Source of the DNA: the human T2T-CHM13v2.0 reference genome, Homo sapiens
Direction: 5' to 3' (one strand)
Length of the DNA: 64,000 bases
Assembly (NCBI RefSeq): GCF_009914755.1
Contig: NC_060933.1
Every line of letters begins with the position of its first letter. Position 1 is the first letter of the stretch. The translations under genes and the position numbers were made by a program. Below, piece by piece: positions 29,879 through 42,740 of this stretch. The notes under the pieces were generated by a model. The model made no database searches and had not been told where the DNA came from. It worked only from the letters and a program-made list of their open reading frames with translations.

Positions 29879-30175
29879 CTTTCTTTTTTTAACTTTTTTT
29901 TTTTTGAGACAGAGTCTTGCTTTATCATCCAGGTTGGAGTGAAGTGGCTCAGTCATAGCTCACTGCAGCCTTGACCTCCCGTACTCAAGCAATCCTTCTT
30001 CCTCAGCCTCCTGAGTTGCTGTCAATTTTTTTTTTTAAGAGACAGGGTCTCACTATGCAGGCTAGGCTAGTCTCAAACTTCAAGAGACCAAGGTGGGAGG
30101 ATGGCTGGGCTCAAGAGATCCTCCTGCCTTGGCTTCTCAAAGTGCTGGGATTGTAGGCGTGAGTCACTGCCTGTC
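29879..30175 (-). mobile_element. AluJ, rearranged
   Basis: Reverse AluJ with an internal deletion and a short opposite-strand Alu piece at ~30083-30105. Confidence 0.8.
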
Positions 30176-33100
30176 CATATAAAGTAACACTCTTGAACCC
30201 ACTATCCAGACTTGAGGTTTTGTTAAGTTACTGTTAAAATTTTGTCAATTTTGCTCTTGAGTTTTCAAAATAAAGAGGTCATTACAGATAAAGTTGAAGT
30301 TCCCTTTGTCCCTTCCCCAGTACCATTCCCCTCCCTTTCAGAAGCACCACCATCATATATTTTTTCTATTTTTATCTTAGATATATATCCATGGATAACA
30401 TTATAAGGCTTCAGTGCATTTTAAAAAGAGGTCCAATGGTTATGATATAATTTATAACTTTAGTTTTCCATCGCACATTTTTAAAAAAGTCTTTATTTGA
30501 GGTTTTCGGCAAAGTGCTGACAAGGGTAAAACTAGCGTAAGAAGATCATGCTGGTTACCAAGTGGAGTATTCCAGGTGACAGAGGAGGACCAAGGATGGT
30601 GACAGTGGGAAGGAGGAGACAGAGGTAAAAGGAGACTCCACATCACAGGTCACTGGTGATCGCCCTGTGAGGGCAGGGTTGTTTTATACATGCTGTTCTT
30701 CAGCACCATGAACAGGGCCTGGCTGTTGGAGATGCCCAGTAAATATCTGTTGACAGAGAAAGGTTGACAGGGGCAGATGGATCCAGGATGACTCCCAAAT
30801 TCCTAACCCAGTGGAAAAGCCTGGATGATGATCCCAGTCTCCATTATGAGGGCCCCAGGAAGAGAAGCTGGATTGCAGGGAAAGATGAATCCAGAAGCCA
30901 TCTCTCTGATCTAGAGGAAACGAGGCTGTGCTGTGTGGAAGGGATTAATGTTAGGAAGCAGACCAGACTTCCGTTCTTAGGACAGAAAAAAATCTTGTAG
31001 CGGGTAGTTCAAGGCTATAAAAGATCTGAAGGGACCCAGAGATGGTAAGAGTGGAAAGGTTCAGTCCTGCTGGGGGCAAAGGGATAGTTGAAAAACAAGC
31101 CAAAAACAATAATCACTTTCCTCAGAAGGCCAGGAGGGCAGGGCCCAGCTTCTCCATCAGCCACAATGAGTGTCTTATAGCCCTCTGTGCGGTGGGTACC
31201 CACAGCCCATTAGCCAAGGCAGAGGAGGAGGAGGAAGTTATAGTAAGTGCATCTAGGATCATAAAGACCTTGTCAGATGCCCACACTCAACTTTGCTCCC
31301 ACTCCATATCCATCAACAAGATGGAAAAATGGGGTGCTCACAACTGCTTCTTAGGACTTATTCTTGACCAAATTCAATTTCTCTGTTCAGGGAAGGATGT
31401 GAAATATAACCTGCTTTCCAACTCTTAAAACCCAGAGCTCTGGCTCTTCACCTCAAAAAGCTACCTTCTGCAAGAGCTCCCTCAAAGTCACTGCCACCCC
31501 CACTTCCTCACCCCACCACCCCTGCCCCAGGCACAGCCACCACCCACCCTCTGCTGCTAATTCACCTATAAATGGTCTCCTGCCTTGCGTCTCCACTCAG
31601 TTTTGTTCTTTCTCTAACAGGTTCCACTCCCCTGAAAGCCCACCCGATCCTTCCTGTTACCCTAGCACTGACTTCCTAAATGAAGTGCAGTGGCTCACAG
31701 TTCTGTCCTTCTCTGTTTTTGTCACTTTTTCCACTCACAATTCTTTGGGTCCTGGCTATGGTTAAGTGGCATTTCTCTACTTCATCCCTGGGTGCAGGGA
31801 CAGAAATGCTTTTACCATCCCCAGTGCCCTTCTCTGGGGGTAGCAGAGAAGTCACTTTAGTTTTGTTTGGTCTGGTGGAGTAAGGCATGCCCTTCTTTCA
31901 GAGAGGGAGCTGTCATGGATCTAAGCCAGTCCCTGTCCTAGGAGTACTTGCAATTTAGACTTGCTCTTTAGTCAAGGAATGTTAAATATTGTAAAGCAAT
32001 GCCGTAGCTGGAGGGGGAGAATCTTGGAATCCCCTTTCCATGAGCCTGCTATTTGAAGGTGTGGTGGGATCCCTTGGAAGTGTGGGCCCCTTGTACTCTG
32101 GATCTAATCCCTAAGTCACCAAAGGGCCAACATAATGATTCTCAAACCAATCTGTGATTGGTCCCCTCATACCTTGAACTTGGGCAGGCTGCTAATTTTT
32201 ATCAGAGCAATACACCCTGTAGATACCACCTCCCTGAACTCTAAACTGAGCAGAGCTCTAAACCATCAAAGAATCAGGCTATATAGACTTCCACCTTAAA
32301 TGGGTGTAGATTCAACATGATTCCGAAAGTCACGTGACTTGCCTCACTAACCAGGGTTCTTCTTCAGTGGGGAAACTACTTGGGCCTTTTTCCTTCTCCT
32401 TTTCACCTACCTGAATTATTACATTTATTTATAATTAACATATATTGCATGTAATATTAAAAAAAATAAAACTTAGAAAGACTTGGTGGTAGGTGCTGCT
32501 GAATTAGGTATCAGAGCCCCAGTTAGGTGGGTGTCCTGTGGAGTTTCTGATGAATCAAAAGCCATTGTTGGGCACTTTAAAAGCATGGACGCCTTGAGCC
32601 CTGGGCAGCCCCAAGGCTGTGACTACCGAGGGCACCCACAGAGGATTAGAACTGGGGCACTGGAATGAGAGGACCATCAGAAGCAAGGCCTGGATGCTCA
32701 AATTCCCACCACAGTCATAAAACTTAAGAGCATCTAAGTCTCAAGCAGCTTTTAGTTTCTTTCTTAAGAATCCAACTAATCTTGTGTTCCACCTTGTAGC
32801 CTTCTATAAAGTGTGACCATTCACTTGGTTGATGATTAATGATTCAGCTAGTAATTACTAAACAGAAAGGAACCAGAAATAAGAATCACAAATTTACACA
32901 AAACATTTCATGTTCTTAATGCTAAACTTGAAGGTAAAACACTAGGAAGGTAGAAAACACAATGTTGCTATTTGTTTTGTTCTTTTAAAGAATGAAGAAG
33001 TCAGATTTCCTGGTCCTTGTGTAGGCTCTCTTCCTGACAGGGTTTCTCAAACTTTTCTGCCAAAGTCCCTAGTTATTAGAGGCAGGAGGGTAAACTTGGA

Positions 33101-33811
33101 CCCCAGCAGTCTGGGGGATTGCCCTGAAGGGCCATTAGCAAGGACCAATTATTTCTTTCTTTTTTTTTTTAAAAAAAAAAAGACATGTTTACTTAAATAA
33201 TAGGTTACTTCATCTTCATTATTTGCATTATATAAAAATAGGATTTTTTATTAATAAGAAAATAGCAGATTCTTTTGTGGCCTTAAGTTTTAGCTCTAAA
33301 ATGATGCAAACTTTGCATTTTATAACGTAGTATATTTTATACAACTTAATATAAAAATGGTGTTTTAAACCATCTGCCATCAAAAAACCTCTGTGGCCCT
33401 CAGAGAGGCTTCTTATATATCCGGGGACACCCTCAGCGAGCAGCTACTGCAGTGTGGCCTGGGGCACTTGCACCCAGGTGAGAGGTGCTATGGGGTGTGG
33501 TGGTTTGTTAAACTAGCTGCCACTGTCCCAGGTTGTATCTTTAATGACTACCATTTAGTGAGCACTACTATGTGCCAGACTCTACGCCAAATGCTTTTAT
33601 ATGCTTATGCCATTTAAATTCTCACAACCACCTGCCTAAGGCCACACAGCTGTAAGGTGGCAGAGTGGGGATTCAAACACCTGTCTGCTTGGTTTCAAAG
33701 CCAACTGTGACCCCCTGCTGACTCTTAGAGGCCAAGGCTGAAGCCCCTGGCTGAGTGAGTGGTGGTGACCTGGGGAAAGGACTGTTGTGGTGCATCTGGA
33801 AAGAGTGTGGG

Positions 33812-33923
33812 GGGTGTTCCGAAGGTAGTGCCTTATCTCAATTGATTGTTCACAGTCAGTTACAGATCAAACTCCTTGTTCTGCTCCTTCCCCCTTCTCA
33901 CTATTGCACTTGACCAGTCTTTT
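33812..33923 (+). pseudogene. Y1 RNA (RNY1-derived) retropseudogene
   Basis: Near-exact match to hY1: 'tccgaaggtagtg..ttatctcaattgattgttcacagtcagttacagatc.aactccttgttct...cttgaccagtctttt', then an A7 tail. 5' end mutated; no upstream TATA visible. Confidence 0.93.
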
Positions 33924-34476
33924 AAAAAAATACATACAATGCAGGTCTAATACGAGAAGGGTCAGAAAAGCTAGGCTTAGGTCTAGCTCTGCCTTTGACT
34001 AGCTATAGGTTCTTTAGGGAGGCCCTCAGCCCCATCTATAAATGGGACTATAAAGGTCTGTGAAAGGGGCAATGGAAAAAAGATGAATGTTGAGCCACAT
34101 CTCAGGCTCCTTTCTTGCTCCACTGCTTATCAGCTGTGTCATCTTAGGCACATCACTATGACTCTAAGCCTGTTTCCTCACTTCTAAAATGTGAAGAACA
34201 ATACCCACCTCACAGGGCTGCTGTGGGGATGAAAAATAATACACATGAAACACCTGGAACAGAGTTTACATATAGTAGTTGCACAATAAATGCTTCCCAA
34301 TAGTAGTTATCCTTATAATAGTGGTATTAGCAATACTACTAAAGTATTATTATATAAAGTAGTATTAGCAAAGCTACTAAAGTATTCATATTTTAAAACT
34401 GTGATTATTAAAGTGAGAAAAATATATGAAAGGAATACTACAAATTAAGGTAATCCATTAAAAATAAGGAGCTGGA

Positions 34477-34827
<351 letters not shown>

Positions 34828-35369
34828 CTAAATAGTTCTTCTGGTTGAAGGCCTGGAGTTCCCTGCAATGGGTGGGGAAGGGGATTAGCCTGGGGAAATA
34901 ATGCCTGGGTCAAGTTAGGGAAGATCCAGGTCCCTCTGCTGAGGGACAGTTTGGAGGACAGAGCCTGACCCTCCATGAAGAGAGACTCTCAAGGTCTCTT
35001 TTAGCTTTAACATTGGCTAAGTGTGATTCTATGTCTCAGCCAGTCTGCCCTAATTCCTCAGTGTGGGCAGGACATGAGAGACAACCCACCAGTATCTCAG
35101 TGAGTTTGTGTGGCACCCACCTTGGCAGTCACACACAGACACTTCCCAGAGTCTCAGTGATGACGATTCTCTCTAAGGGGAACCCAAGCCTTAACCAAAG
35201 ACCACCTCTCCATCTTCCTGCTGGGGCCTTGCAGGTCAGCCTAGAGGGAGTTTTCCAGAGCAGGTGGCTTCCTGAGTGGCCAAGATCATGTGAGCAGGAT
35301 AAGTTCTCTTCTCGCTGGGCCTTTCCTTCCTAAGCTGGTGTCCCAGGCACCTCTCTCTGTTTGGAAATC

Positions 35370-35675
35370 AGATTCTTTATGGTTTATTTTTGACACCAGA
35401 TAATCGCTGCCCAAGTTTCATCAATTTGTCACTGTTTTTATTGTCAGCAATTGCCCATAACTGGAGCACGTTTAAAATGTCATTGATCTTGATATTACAG
35501 TGTCATAATCTGACAGTAATAGGTGTAGCCAGCACAGGAAGCCCAGGCCCTGAGATTGATGGCGCACAGCACACCAATTATATTCTGTCCATCTAAGTGA
35601 TAAAAGAGTATGTAGGAGGCATTCAATAGATAAATTAGATATCACTCCCAATTATGTCCTTTATTTATGGAGTCA
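35370..35675. promoter_or_regulatory. Candidate TALE/HOX enhancer
   Basis: Six TGACA/TGTCA within 35391-35516, AGATTGATGG 35553-35562, TTTATGG at 35376 and 35664; no repeat similarity recognised. Confidence 0.6.
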
Positions 35676-37369
35676 TATGCTCCCCTTAGAACTTTTTTTC
35701 TTCATTTGGCTTGTAAAGGGGAATTACTTGACCCCCCTAAAGACTAGGACTGCCTCCGCTGCCTGTCCCAACTTGGGTTCTACCCTGATCCCTTCCGACA
35801 GGCTCATAGTCTTTCACCTGGGCTTTCTCTGGGACTCACCTAGGAGTTCCCCAGTGTGGTAGGTCCACAGGTGTAAAGGGAAGGAGGCAGAGGTGCTTCA
35901 CCATTTGGGAAGGAGTTGGGTCAGGCCTTTGGGAAGGACTAGGAAGTCTGACAATGCCTTTAATGTGACACTGCCCAAATAAATGAGACCGGGAGAGGGG
36001 CTGGAAAATGGGTAAAAATCCTCCAGTCCAGACAACAGAGCCTTCAAATTAGGACAACTAGTAATTGGCTATGGCTGGGGAGGAAGAGGATGGTAAAAAG
36101 GTTTTCAGTCCTTAAGAAGTGAATTCATCCATCCCTCTACCTCCACTCCAGACTGGGTGGGGCCAATTCAAGCCCTTCCTCAGAAGAACTCCCAGAATCT
36201 TCTACATCCCCATTCTGATCCATATCAGATGACTTCCTCAGCTCAAGTCCTAGCTCTGCCACTGTGGTAGGGACATAATACCAGCTTTCCTGGGGGAGGC
36301 AGAGGGCTCCTGTTTGAGAAAAAGCCCCAAGAATGGTTCATTTCCAAGAAGAGAGCTCACCTGAGGCAGGGAAGTGCCTGGCCAAGGAATAGAGGTACAG
36401 TGAAGGCATAACTTTATTGGAGGCCTGGCTTATAAGCATCATAAACTCTGAGGACAGCCTTGACCTGGTCCAGACCCCTGTTTCCCCATCCCCCAAAGCC
36501 AGCAGGAAACATGGCAGAGGCCGAGACACCAAGTAGTAAACAGTGATCTAGGTCCATTGATCGAGCTTTCAAAGAGAAAGTGTCCATGGGTTGGGCTGCT
36601 CTCCATTGCCCTGTTGCCATCTCAATGTTATAAATAATTCTGGCACTAAGTGCCCTGTCACACCGAGTGGAAGTAGTTCTTATAGAGTGAAACCTGAGAA
36701 TATGGGTCATGGGAGGAGGGGTGACTGGGGGCAGGGGTAGAGATGGGGAGCGATCACCCCAAGGCTCCTCAACTACACCCCTAGGCTGGTGATAGATGAA
36801 TTTCTGGAGCAGAGGATGGCATTTCAAATGAAATGGTTATAGGAAATGAGTGTGATTTAAACAACGTCTTGGCTGATAAGCACCAGCCAGCTGGGGGGAG
36901 ATGGCAGGCTAGAAGTGGAGGAATCAAAAGCCCAGAGGCCCCCAGTGTTAAGTAGCTGTCTGAAGCTCCGCTCAAACACACACACCAGCTTTGGTCTCAA
37001 CATGTTTTTAAGAGCTGGTTATGATTTCCTTGAGGGCGGCTCAGATTAAGACTAGAGTGGAGCCCCCAGCTAAGCACCTTCAATAACTGTCCATCACATC
37101 CTCTTTAGAAACAGCAGCCTCTTCCCCTTGGCTCAGGGACCCTGTAATTGGGGAGGGCTGTGAAGCTGCGTGGCTTGTCAGCCTGTTCCCAGGCAGCACG
37201 GGGCCTGTCTGTCCTTTGCCTGGGGTCCTGCCCTGGATCCCAGGAAAAGAGATTGAGCCCCACCCACAGAGAGCTCTCAGTCTTCAAGAAGAGACAAAAC
37301 ATGCAACCTAGAAAAGAAGAGAGGAAGCAAAGAGAGCAAAAGGATGGAAGCCAAGGAAGAGGAAACTGT

Positions 37370-38390
37370 CACCAAATCCAGAATTTGGGCCTTTCTCACC
37401 ACATGCACTGCTGCCATCCTGGTCCAAGCCACACATTTCTCACTTGGATTAGTGCAATGACCTTTCAACAAGTCTCCCTGCATCTTCCCTTGGCCCCCTG
37501 TGATCTATTCTCAACACAAAAGACAAAAAGACTATTTAAAAACTGAAGTTCAGGCCAGGTGCAGTGGCTCACGACTATAATCCCAGCACTTTGGGAGGCC
37601 AAGGTGGGTGGATCACGAGGTCAGGAGTTCAAGACCAGCCTGGCCAAGATGGTGAAACCCCGTCTCTACTAAAACTACAAAAATTAGCTGGGCATGGTGG
37701 CAGGTGCCTGTAATCCCAGCTACTTGGGAGGCTGAGGCATAAGAATCACTTGAACCTGGGTGGCAGAAGTTGTAGTGAGTCAAGATTGTGCCACTGCACT
37801 CTAGCTTGGGTGACAGAGTGAGACTGTCTCTCAAAACAAAACAAGACCCTGAAGTCCAATCATGTCTTTCCTCTCTACTTCACTCCGAGTAAAAAGCAAA
37901 GTCCTTAAGTTGACTTACGAGGCCGAACATCGTCTGTTCCCTCCTTACCTCTCTGATGCCATCTCCTCCCACTCTTGCTCACTCCCACAGACTTGCCAGG
38001 CATGTTCCTGCCTCAGGGCCTTAGCACCAGCCACTCCCTCTACTGGAATACTCTTGCCAAGATGTCTATGGGGCTAACTTCCTCTCTCACCTCTAAGTCT
38101 TTGTTCAAATACCATATTCGCAGTGAGCTTTCCTTGACAACCATATTAAAAACCTCAGATTTCCCCTCCATGCTGATCCTTCTGTACGTGATCTATTCCT
38201 TTTCTGTAACAATTATCATTTTCTAATATATGATATAATTTACTTATTTAGTAAGAATATTGTTCATTATCTGTCTTTCTCTGCTAGAATGTAAACTCCA
38301 CACAGGTGGGGGGTCTTTCTCTGTTTTGATCACCAATGTATTCTAAGAATTTGGAATAGTACTCAATAATAATTGCTTAGTGAGTAAATG
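37370..38390 (+). mobile_element. L2a fragment interrupted by Alu
   Basis: L2 3' text 'ctagaatgtaaactcca...tactcaataat'. Bounds approximate. Confidence 0.75.
37553..37843 (+). mobile_element. AluSg-like
   Basis: 'ggatcacgaggtcaggagttcaagaccagcctggccaagatggtg'; TSD ctgaagt(t/c)ca. Confidence 0.92.
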
Positions 38391-41300
38391 CAAAGGATGA
38401 GGTTCACCAGGGGAGGGTTTGGAGAAGAGAACAGAGGGGAGGCCATCCCAGGCTTGGGATGAACTTGTGCCTTATCTCACAACAGGCCATGTGTGAGGAT
38501 CTGAGAGTCCGAGTGTTGGGCACAAGTTCAAGAGTCGGGCTAGGACATCACCCAAAATGGAGAGATTCAGTTATCAAAGAGACTAGGCTGGATTTACCTC
38601 TGGAATCTGGTGGAGGACTTGGCTTTAGGTTGGGATTTTACCATCTTCATGACCAAAGCATACTTGGGGATAATAATGCCAAAGGGATGTGCAGGGCAAG
38701 AATGAGGTGGTTGGGAATGGAGGCAGACTGGGAATTCAGGTGGGGGAGGGTAGCTGAAAGAACAGGCATGTGTCTTCTAAGTCTGGAAAAAAGATTGAGG
38801 TGGAATTAGAGGGCCTGAAAGAAAATTGTGTATGCAAGTGGGAGGAAGAGCCTGGGTCACTGGAAGCTATCATCTCCAAGAGCATGTTCCATCTCCACTG
38901 AGGGCAGAATCAAAAGCCATGGGCTGCACCTAAAGTCAAAGGAACTAGAGTGAGACATCAAGAAAGGCCTCCCAACAATGTGACAGGTGGTGGAGGGGAA
39001 GCACTGGGCCTTTTTCTCTGGAAAACTTGAGCAGGACCTAACTGGGTACATACCTGAGCCAGGCTAACCCAGTGGGCACTGTGAGGCTCTGGGGTGGGAG
39101 TGTGGTACTAGAGCCCCGAAGAGGGTTCCTGCCTCTGCCTGGCTCCCAACTCCATCCTCTCACCTGCGAGGCTTCTGAGCTTCTAAGCACGCAGAAATGT
39201 CCTCTCTCCTGACCTCAAGTTTCTGCATCTTTTCAGAGTGGAAACTGAGAGTATTTAGTATTCCAAGGCCCCACCAGTCCAGGGGCCAAAACATGTTTAC
39301 CACATCTCCTCAGAATATCAGTGCTCAACTCGGTTTTGTGGTGGCCTCAGGGTACGAGCCAGGAGAAGCAGAAAATACCTTTGGAGGTTATACAATTCAG
39401 TGGTTACTGCAGTTCTAATGGAGTGAGGACATGGGTGGCCTGGGAGTTCTGAGGTTCTGGGGAGACTTACTTGTCACTGTATAACTTTTGGTGCCTTTTG
39501 AGTTTTGAACCATGTACGTGTATTTCTTATTCAAAAAACATAAAACAATTAAAATCAGATGAAAGCAACAACAATAACAACAAAGAATAGGTCTAGGGAA
39601 GTGGGAACTTGATGCCTCCAATTGCTACCCTGAAGGCAATGACCTGCCTCCTATTGCCCATGTGTACCCTCCTCCACGTCTGGCATCTCCATTCTCTAGA
39701 GGCTCAGAGAGGGGTGTGGAAGGCCTGATGTCACCCAGCATTTAAGATTAGCAAAATTCTGGGGCTTAGCTGTCCAGACTCTCAGTGTTGTCTTTCTTTT
39801 CTGATCCTCAATGACCCCGTCTACTCATTGACCTGTCCATGTTTTTGGCAGAACTTTGCATATGCTACAAATCAACCTTCAATGGGTCGTTTTTAAAACT
39901 GTGTGGTCTTAAATGCCACCTTTCCCAGGAAGTAATCTCTTTTCACAAAGAGAAAGAGATGACAGCTCTCCTCTCCCCCAGTGTGGTGTCTGATGTTTCA
40001 TTCCCTCCCTTCCTGCCTCCCTCCTCCCTACCACCCTCTACCACTAAAGTGGCTCTCCACTGAAACTTGGCCCTGTCTCTGATGAGATATGTGACTTTGA
40101 GCAAGTCATTTAACCTTTCTGTGTGTCTGTTTCTTCATCTGCAATTGAGGATCCTGACCTTCCTCCCATGGCTCTTCACTTATGCATTTGTACAGCAAGC
40201 ATGTATTCTGTGCCTGGTGCTGAACCTGGCACTGAGGATCACACAAGACAATGTATGTGAAGTTAATACAGAGACAGAAAGTTACTGCCAAGGCCTCCTT
40301 CCTTGGATGCTGTTCTGGGCTGGGTGCTCCAACCCCCTCATCTGGCATGCCCTTGGAGGAACTGCTTCACAGTCTACTCCAAACCTCTCAACTTCTAGCA
40401 TTGCTCCTGGGCTGAAGCCGATATCCTGCTCTGCATGAAGGGTCAGGGGGTGCAGAAATAGCCTATTTCCCAGGCTTTTTCATTTGGTTAGATCCTTAGG
40501 TATCACTTTGCCTACAAGAAGGAATAATGTTGAAATCTGTCTGTTGGTCTTTAGTCTGGAATTTTCAGTGTCCACCTCTCTTGCCCTCTGTGGGCCTTTC
40601 CCTGGGACTTGGGCTGGAACAAGGGGTAGGAAATGGATTCTATCCATGTCCTCACTCTGCTCATTTCTCTCCTTTCCTGAATCCCATGCATCCATGGAGA
40701 TTGGTACAGTGGCTAAGATTCTGGGATTGGAAACTCACATTTGTCTCCCTCCAAATGTAAGCTGGCTGTGGAGGAAAGATGGTCCCTTCTTTAAAATGAA
40801 CACCACCATCTCAGAGTATACAGTAGCTTGCTTCAGGCAGAGGAGGCAGAGCTGCCTTCCAGAGCTCTTGGCAGGAAGCTGTCCCCACTCCCTGCCTGAC
40901 CACCGAGGATTGGGTGAGCATCACTGGGAGGGAGCGGTGTTTATAGAAAAAACGTGCTGCTTCAGCCCTGGTCATTGCTGATGGACCATGGCAGCAAGGA
41001 AGGTCAAGTCCAGACTAAGGAGGTACTTCTCATTATCAGGGACTGGGTTTAAGGTGAGAGGTTGTTTGGAACTACTCAGACACGGTCTTCCCAGAGCAAG
41101 GAGGAAGGGTGAGATGATCTGGGAGTTGTGAAGGACTCAGGGGTTCCATGATGTTGCAGAGCTGGCAGTGACTGGGAGGATGCCAGGGAGATGTCAGTTC
41201 ACCCATGTCTAGAGCAGAAACCCCATGGTCAGAGACCAGGTATCTGCAACCCCAACATTCCCAGCATAATGCCTCGCACAAGGCTAACTGGAGACTGAGG

Positions 41301-42329
41301 AAGACAAGTCCTTCCCTGGAAGATGGTGCCAACACTGTGCTCACAGAAGGACAGCTACTTTAAAGCCCCAGCAAGAAAATGATCTCACACTGTGGGACCT
41401 GGAAGTACTTCTTCATGTCCAGCCTCAATCCTCCTTACCACAGCTCAATTGGATCTCAGTCCAACCTGTGGGATTTGTCCATGCCCAGAGGTGAAACCCA
41501 GCAAGGAATATGGACTTTGCTTTTAGGCCTACGCTGTTGGCTGTGGGAGATAGAACAAGTTGGCCAAACTGTCGAGTACCTGTCTCCACACCTGGGGAGT
41601 CCCCAGGAAAGTGGAGAGGGAAGATCTTCCAGGGAACGGCCACCCTCCATGAGGAGATAAGCAGAACAGCAGAGGGCAAGGAAGGTTCAGTGGCCAGGAG
41701 AGGTGGGGCTCAGGGAGTCCCTCCTGGCTGGGGGTGAGGGAGCTTCCTGGATGCTCAGCCTCTCCAAGCCCCTGAGGAAAGACTGTAGCTTCTGGAGGGC
41801 AGGAGCTGATCCTGCATCATCTCGGCAGACCAGTGCCCAGCACACAGCAGATGCTCAAAACACATGGGTCGAATGAATGAGCCTGCGGTCAAGAGCCTGC
41901 CCAGCCAGCAGGTGGAGTGGGTCTTTGGAGAAGGGATTCCCCTCTCTGGGCCTCCATTTCTTCATTTGTAGAATGAGGGGCTGCAGTAGATTGTCTCTAA
42001 GGTTTTGTCAGCCCCTGACGATCTGTGGTTTCCTGTTTCCCTGCTCTCTCGTCAATTCCTTGCCAATTCTCTTTCCCTCTACAGCTTCTCTTTTCCTTTC
42101 CCTTTAAGTCTTTTTCTTCCACTAACCCCCAATCTCTGCACCCCCGTTTTCAGTCTCTCCCCTCCCCAGACAATTTCTCTGGCTTTCCCCTTTACAGGTA
42201 TTTCTTCCTCTCTGCTTCTGATAACTGCCCCCATCACTATCCTTCCCTGATGCCTTCAGTGTTCTGCACCCCCTGCCCCCCAAAAGCCGCCCATTCTAGT
42301 GCCCCTTTCATCCACCTTAGATCCCAGAG

Positions 42330-42740
42330 GCGGGAGATTGGAAGAAAAGGAGGAGGGTCCTAAAGCAGCCACTCCCCTGCCCCTGCAATGGCCCCACCGC
42401 GATGTCCCCGTCCCCCCGCCCCGCCCCCCTCCCCACCACGCCTCTCCCTCAGCAGCCAGTGCCGCACTGAGCCCTCGCCCCACGCTAATGCGATCTGGAG
42501 AGACCCTGTCGGTGCGGGCGGCGGGCAGTCTGGCCCAGCGTCCAGGGCGGCGCTGATGGATGGTCCCCTGACAGTAATCGCAGAATGAGGACGCGCAGGT
42601 GACGCTCTTGCCCGAGGCCCTGCTGTTTGGCTAGCCCAGGAGTCTCTCCCTCCGCAGCGTCTGCCTTCTGGGCGCTCTCAACTCACTCGGCTTTGCGGGA
42701 GGCGCAAAGCCTCAGGTTAGGGCAGAGGTGCGGGCTTCCT
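42330..42740. promoter_or_regulatory. Small CpG island with PBX-HOX plus MEIS module
   Basis: TGATGGATGG 42554-42563, TGACAG 42569-42574, TAAT 42575-42578; GC boxes ~42410-42430. Confidence 0.6.

Noticed and set aside
33812-33923. Functional RNY1 gene
   Set aside because: Mutated 5' end, genomic A tail, and no upstream TATA-type Pol III promoter visible.
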